A stretch of DNA of 27,656 nucleotides from Picochlorum sp. SENEW3 (taxonomy: Eukaryota): the NCBI GenBank assembly GCA_034226945.1, contig CP120453.1, positions 1,550,001 to 1,577,656 of the forward strand, given 5' to 3'. The notes under the pieces are model-generated. The model was not told the DNA's origin and made no database searches. It saw only the letters and a program-made list of their open reading frames with translations. The position numbers were made by a program, and so were the translations under genes. Below, one piece after another: positions 21,760 through 27,656 of the stretch (position 1 is the stretch's first letter; each line of letters opens with the position of its first letter).

Positions 21760-22596
21760 CACGATTGTGGGCGCGTGAGAGCTTTTTTCTCTAGTCTGTC
21801 GCTTTCAGGCACCTCATATGGATGTAATTCAAAAAGACCTTTCTCGGATTTCCCAGATTTTGCGTGACCGATCATCCAGGGAGGGGTGTGTCTGTGAGGC
21901 ACTTTTGCAACGCTTGGGGCACGATTGTGGCCGCCTGAGGGCTCTGCTCCTTGGTTTGTCGCTTTCAGGCACCTCATATGGATGTAATTCAAAAAGACCT
22001 TTCTCGGATTTCCCAGATTTTGCGTGACCGATCATCCAGGGAGGGGTGTGTCTGTGAGGCACTTTTGCAATGCTTGGGGCACGATTGTGGCCGCCTGAGG
22101 GCTCTGCTCCTTGGTTTGTCGCTTTCAGGCACCTCATATGGATGTAATTCAAAAAGACCTTTCTCGGATTTCCCAGATTTTGCGTGACCGGTCATCCAGG
22201 GAGGGGTGTGTCTGTGAGGCACTTTTGCAATGCTTGGGGCACGATTGTGGCCGCCTGAGGGCTCTGCTCCTTGGTTTGTCGCTTTCAGGCACCTCATATG
22301 GATGTAATTCAAAAAGACCTTTCTCGGATTTCCCAGATTGTGCGCGACCGGTCATCCAGGGAGGGGTGTGTCTGTGAGGCACTTTTGCAACGCTTGGGGC
22401 ACGATTGTGGCCGCCTGAGAGCTCTGCTCCTTGGTTTGTCGCTTTCAGGCACCTCATATGGATGTAATTCAAAAAGACCTTTCTCGGATTTCCCAGATTG
22501 TGCGCGACCGGTCATCCAGGGAGGGGTGTGTCTCTGTGAGGCACTTTTGCAACGCTTGGGGCACGATTGTGGCCGCCTGAGAGCTCTGCTCCTTGG
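21760..22596 (+). repeat. 160-bp tandem satellite, subfamily A, ~5.2 near-identical copies
   Basis: GCTTTCAGGCACCTCATATGG recurs at 21801, 21961, 22121, 22281, 22441. Confidence 0.98.
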
Positions 22597-22627
22597 TAAA
22601 GGGGTGTTCAGAACCTCAAACTTTTGG

Positions 22628-22975
22628 CTTGGGGTCACTTTTCTGGCCGCGTGAGACATCTTCCTCTGCGTCTGTCGCATTTAGCAGGCTTGTATATATA
22701 ATATCTCAAATGCCCTCTCCCGGATTCGCCATACTCGCGACGACCGACCAGATAGCGAGGGGTGGTTGAGAAGACCAGTGCAACGCCCTTGGGGTCACTT
22801 TTCTGGTCGCGTGAGACATCTTCCTCTGGGTCTGTCGCTTTCAGCAGGCTTGTATATCTAATATCTCAAATGCCCTCTCCCGGATTTGCCATACTCGCGA
22901 CGACCGACCAGATAGCGAGGGGTGTGTCTGGGAGTCACTTTGCAACGCTTGGGATACGAGTGTGGGCACGTGAGC
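22628..22975 (+). repeat. 160-bp tandem satellite, diverged subfamily B, ~2.2 copies
   Basis: CTTGGGGTCACTTTTCTGG at 22628 and 22788, CTTGGG at 22948; shares TGTCGCTTTCAG, CGGATTT, GAGGGGTGTGTCTG and TTTGCAACGCTTGGG with subfamily A. Confidence 0.85.
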
Positions 22976-23421
22976 ACTATATCGTCGCGTCTATGGTGCT
23001 ACTAAGCCTTATATGTATCCGAAAAACATATGCAAGGAGCCAGATGGAGCATTTACATGGCGAGGACCCACCTTGGCCATCGCATGTTTTTGTAATGGTC
23101 CAGGAGTCAAAGCACAAGCAGTTGCCTCAGACTCGAAGGTTGAGAGCTTTTACTCGTGGTCTGCCGACTTTAGGCATTTCATATGCACTTCAGGAGAAGA
23201 AACAGCAGTGTCAAGAGAGTTCCCATTATCCCTTGCCGTCATTCGGAGTAGTAGTTCGCGTCGCATTCACCACCAATGCTCACAACAGAATTCGCAACAA
23301 GCTCTGGGCAAAGCAACGCGTGTGACTTTGATTGTTGGAGGGAGAAATATATATCAATATAAGATAGTAGAGGGTGCGAACCAACTTGACAAGAGTTCGT
23401 GGCTGTTTGGCACTGTTGTAC

Positions 23422-24680
23422 TTGTTGTTGACATGACATTCCCGTGGAACGGTTGTTGTTGGAACCCTGTTGTGCTCCGTGGTGGTCAGTCGTCGGCTCT
23501 TTCGACTGATATATAATTTTAAAGCAAGAATGACGCTCCTTCATGTCCATGGAGGACGACTCCAGGCCTGTGCTAGTCCCAACCGTCGCGACGCGAATGG
23601 AATCGACGACCGTCGGTTGGCGTCGAAACTGACGCGGTGACGACGGAGAGACCCTCAATGCTGTTTTAATTATCCATTTATTCAATATTAACCAATATGG
23701 AGCACCGTTTCTTCGGCAGTGCGTGGCACCGCCTGGGCCAACGCGATGTCATGGTTCTGTGGAAGGCGGTGTCAACTTGGTCTGGAACAGTCGAGAGATA
23801 GCCGCAGTATGCTGAGTATGCACAACAACCATAGGAAGGGACACCTTATACTCTAACCTATTCGGGCTGGTTCCTCCTTGTGTCGTGAGGACAACTCCAC
23901 ATGCTTTGCTCGTTCTCTCAACCCTTCGGTCCGACAAAGCCCCAGACCGTTGGCATGCGACCCGTAGGGGAGTCGGGTCTCTTTGGTCGTGCTCTGGTGT
24001 GGTGAATGTCCGTAAACAAACACAATAAAAAAGTTGAACCAAGTTGAACTCCGGTCTCCTCGGACGTAGTGTTCGTCCGTGAATGAGGACAATAAAAAAT
24101 GACGACCATGGGCCAGAGAGCCCACACGCTTTCACCGCTCGGCCACACTCATCGTGCTTTTTTCATCTCCCATCACAAGGAAGGTTTGACCGAGAGGATA
24201 TCATCGTGATGTTTTCTTATTCACAGCTCTCCCCATCCAAGATCTAGTCTGATGGGGGAAAAGCCTGGGTGTGGAGCACACACAGCAAAGCCAGGAGGAA
24301 GAGGGGAGAGCTAAGGAGCAGTGTTTAAAACACGACGAGATCTTCCCCAAAGAAGCGTCGCAATTGTATATATATAGTACTATCCTACTATGCTCATTGC
24401 AACACATGTAGTCTAAGTAAGACAACGTGCCATGCATACTGATGACACTGAGATAGTTGCTCCAGCATTAGTGCAACGTTACTCCAGTGCTTGCCTCACC
24501 TTGCTTGCTTGTTGTTGTTGTTGTTGTTGTTCTTGTTGTGAAACAAAGACAATACTTTTTTCATTTTTTCTTGTCTCATGTCTTTTCATATACTTCTTAT
24601 TGTACCTCTCTCTACCTCATATCTTGTCTGTGAGTCTATCTCCAGGTTCCTATCTTCTTCTTGTGTGTGTGTCTTTGTGT
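23422..24680 (+). repeat. Segmental repeat unit, copy 2 (partial, with a different middle ~23640-24070)
   Basis: 23422-23620 matches 19688-19880; 24075-24680 matches 20205-20780 and 26441-27035. Confidence 0.85.
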
Positions 24681-24684
24681 TTCC

Positions 24685-25205
24685 GAGTGGGTCGGGGACT
24701 TTTCGCCGACGGGACGCGGGATGGTCGCCTTCCGGCCCGGTCCGATCGGGCCTCCGACCGGACCTCGCGATCGATCTGAACAACGGTTAGGGCAATGCTC
24801 CTCGCGGAGCGCTTAGGGTTTTCGCGACGGCCCGTCGGGCCCCGAGGCCGCCCCCGCCCCGGGTTTCCACCCCCTCTCCGGCCCGTACACTTTTTCACAT
24901 CCATACGGTTGGCTGGGGCCGGCCGGCGATCCCTGATTGTCCCCCACCCAGCCTCCAGCGTGTTTTGAAAATTTTCTGTCAGCGCACGGATGGCCACCTG
25001 CGCCCCCTCTGGCACGCGTGCGCCCCATTCGGCCCGCCCTGATCGCTGTGGCACATCCCCACCACCGCATGGATGCTAGATCGCCCGCCAGCAGGGGGCG
25101 GGGGGCGACTCACGAAGCCAACAGAAGGGATTTGCACCGCCACCCTCCTCCCTGCTGCTGGGACATGGTTTTCCCCCGCGCGAGGGGGTATTTTTGGGGG
25201 GGAGA
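24685..25205. other. GC/CpG-rich non-coding island with many short inverted repeats and two TTAGGG motifs
   Basis: Abrupt compositional shift; TTAGGG at ~24787 and ~24813 (the latter a telo-box AAACCCTA on the minus strand); no credible ORF. Confidence 0.6.
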
Positions 25206-25420
25206 GATGTGACATTCGAGCATCTTGTATGGGTAGGTAACCCAGGGATCCACGAGAAGGAATGCTTGATTGCTGTGTTTCAGTCACCCCCCTCCACAGC
25301 AGCAGCATTGCCTTCTGCCATCAAATACCACCTCCTCCCAAGCCTTGGAGCCTTTCCAGTGCACCCGAGTGTCCCCGTCGAGCTCGCTTTGATATTTATA
25401 TTACGATTGGGATCATTGAC

Positions 25421-27375
25421 AACCAGCAGCACGACAAGGAGGTCCTGGACGGCGGGGGTTTGTTGCGAGTGTTGTCATGACATTCCCGTGGGACAGGTTG
25501 TTTGGACGCTCTTGCGCTCCGTGATTGTCGCCCATCGGCTCTTTAGACTGGAACATATTTCTAAAGCAAGAATGCCGCTCCTTCATGCCCATGGACAGAC
25601 GATTCCGGGCGTGTTCGTCCCAACCGTCGCGACGCGATCGGAATCGACGACCATTCGGTTGGTGAGATCCATTCGACTCGACACCTGCTGTACTGAAATG
25701 GCTCTTAAGTATTGTTCTGAGATAATTGAAAACCAGAAGCACGACAAGGAGGTCCTCGACGGCTGGGTCCGTTGCGAGTGTTGTTGTCATGACATTCCCG
25801 TGGGACGGGTTGTTGTTGGAACGCTGTTGCGCTCCGTGGTGGTCGGCCATTCGATCATTTGACTCATATGTAATTTAAACGTAAGAATGACGCTGCATCA
25901 TGCCCACAAAGGAACGATTCTGGGCGTGTTCGTCCCAACCGTCGCGACGCGATCGGAGTGGACCAACGTCGGTTGGTGAGATCCATTCGACGCGGCGCTG
26001 ACGTTAAAAACCCTTAAATATGTTTTGACTCGTTTTTCCAATCATCCATTACCAACAACCAATGCTATGCACTGCCGGTGGGTGGCAAGGGCGTGGGACC
26101 ACCGAGGCCACATGATGTGTGTTGTCATGGCTCGGCAACGAGCCTCGCTCAGCGAGGGTATCAGGGTCGGAAGGTACCCTAGAGAGGATACAAGGAGGAA
26201 GAGGCTGCAAGGCGGGTCTTATAGATCACCTCCCGGCGAGCTTCCAGCGCTTTTTTCACTCAATGTCTGTTGTCGCATGTGTGCAAGAAGGTGAGTACGT
26301 TTTCTGGTTTGGGCCACATCTGCCGTCCTACCAAGTGTTCTATGTATCCAAACAAACTATCCAAGGTGCCAAATGGTGCATTTATATAGCAAGGACAGCA
26401 GCGATGAGGTCAGCCATGTTTTTTCTTTTTCAGGCGTGTCCGTCCGTAAATGAGGACAATAAAAAAGGACGACCATGGGCCAGAGAGCCCACCCGCTTTC
26501 ACCGCTCGGCCACACTCAGCGTGCCTTTTTTATCTCCCATCACAAGGGAGGTTTGACCGAGCGGATATCATCGTGATGTTTATTCACAGCTCTCCCCATC
26601 CAAGACCTCGTCTGATGGGGAAAAAAGCCTGGGTGTGGAGCACACAGCGAAGCCAGGAGGAAGAAGAGGGGAGAGCTGTGGAGCAGTCTTTAAACACGAC
26701 GACATCTTCCCCAAAGAAGGGTCGCAATTGTTGTATCTATATATTACTATCCTACTATGCTCATTACAACACATGAAGTGTAAGTAAGACAATGTGCCAT
26801 GCATACTGATGATACTGAGATGATTGCTCCAGCATTAGTGCAACGTTACTCTAGTGCTTGCTGTTGTTGTGAAACAAAGACAATACTTTTCTCGTTCTTT
26901 CTCGTTTCATTTCATGTCTTTTATTTATTCATTGTTTTCATATATTATACTACTATTACTATTACATCTCTATCTCTCTCTCATGTGTTGTCTGTGAGTC
27001 TCTCTATCTCCAGGTGTTCTCTTCTCTTCTTGTGTGTTTGGTTGTGTTGTGTCCTGTTCCTGTTATTGTTGGTTGCTTGGTCGTGTCGATTGTTGCTGTG
27101 TATGTTCTTATCATTATCATTATCATTATCATTATCAATGCGGAGTATTATGAGCTATTTTCTTTCGATTGCTTTGCGTCGTCTTTGTTAGGGGGTCTGG
27201 TCTGCTGTTTATTTTGGTGTAGTAGGAGGAGCAGATCTTGTTGTGTGCCGTGTCTTTTTTGTCCTTGTTGCTGTATATATATAGGTGCTTATTATACTAC
27301 TTTTTCTTCTTTCATATGTTGTATATTTTTGTTGTTTTGTTGTTTTTTTGGTTGGTGTGTTTTTTTGGTTAGGGT
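25421..27375 (+). repeat. Segmental repeat unit, copy 3, whose ~310-bp head is tandemly duplicated (25421-25730, 25731-26040)
   Basis: AACCAG(C/A)AGCACGACAAGGAGGTCCT at 25421 and 25731; the remainder is colinear with copy 1. Confidence 0.85.
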
Positions 27376-27656
27376 ATTTTGGTCTTGTTGGTGGTGTTTT
27401 TTCTTGGCTTTATTTTTGATTTTTTGGATATTTTCTTATTTTTGGGTAGTTTGTATATTATTTAATTTAGAAATCGTGTTTATTTTTCTGCGAATGCGGT
27501 GGAAGTGGGTGCAATATGTGGATATATACCCTCATTACCCTCCTGCCAAGGAACGACGGTATGCACAGGGTATAGGGTATAGGGAGCAATACGTAACTGA
27601 ACGAAGTACTGATTGTGTTTGTTAGTCGCTTTTTTGGAATTTTTTGGAATTTTTTT

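Larger units (their letters stand above)
16436..26475. repeat. Dispersed bipartite motif family, consensus (GTCCGT)CCGTAA-N6-ACAATAAAAA-N4-6-ACC, ~11 copies on both strands
   Basis: Plus strand ~16439, 17675, 19006, 20207, 24010, 24077, 26444; minus strand ~16669, 17757, 17946, 19293. Confidence 0.8.

Noticed and set aside
21760..22596. CRISPR-like array
   Set aside because: Monomers are near-identical along their whole length, with no unique spacers and no cas genes.
24685..25205. rRNA gene fragment
   Set aside because: I recognise no conserved 18S, 5.8S, 28S or 5S sequence.
16436..26475. dif/Xer site or V(D)J RSS identity for the bipartite motif
   Set aside because: The 6-bp spacer is dif-like but the arms are not inverted; there is no CACAGTG heptamer or 12/23 spacing, and no recombinase gene in the window.
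20551..27625. Many Cys/Leu/Val-rich or repeated ORFs
   Set aside because: Products of simple repeats and satellites; frames are not preserved between segmental copies.

Overview
Eukaryotic nuclear DNA from a very compact green-algal genome (plant-type IspG, 60-150 nt GT-AG introns, many gene gaps under 200 bp; trebouxiophyte/Picochlorum-like by inference). Three zones. (1) 1-10.8 kb: dense housekeeping genes (ispG partial, AK6, an unknown coiled-coil protein, YIF1, BUD32, REX4, mS33, pepD). (2) 10.8-16.4 kb: transition zone with a 5'-truncated L1-like LINE, an intact choline-oxidase-like GMC flavoprotein, a disrupted Fanzor1 (eukaryotic TnpB-derived RNA-guided nuclease) gene and a divergent Cys-rich pseudogene that may be a KDZ transposase. 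The Fanzor is split over several frames and is not visible as one ORF, yet all three RuvC catalytic residues and the Zn ligands remain. (3) 16.4-27.7 kb: gene-free repeat domain (subtelomere-, centromere- or rDNA-spacer-like). It holds segmental duplications, a two-subfamily 160-bp satellite, an 11-bp minisatellite, a GC-rich island, and about 11 copies of a fixed-spacing motif CCGTAA-N6-ACAATAAAA, three pairs of which face inward around different inserts. All family assignments come from motif recognition by eye; no searches were run.
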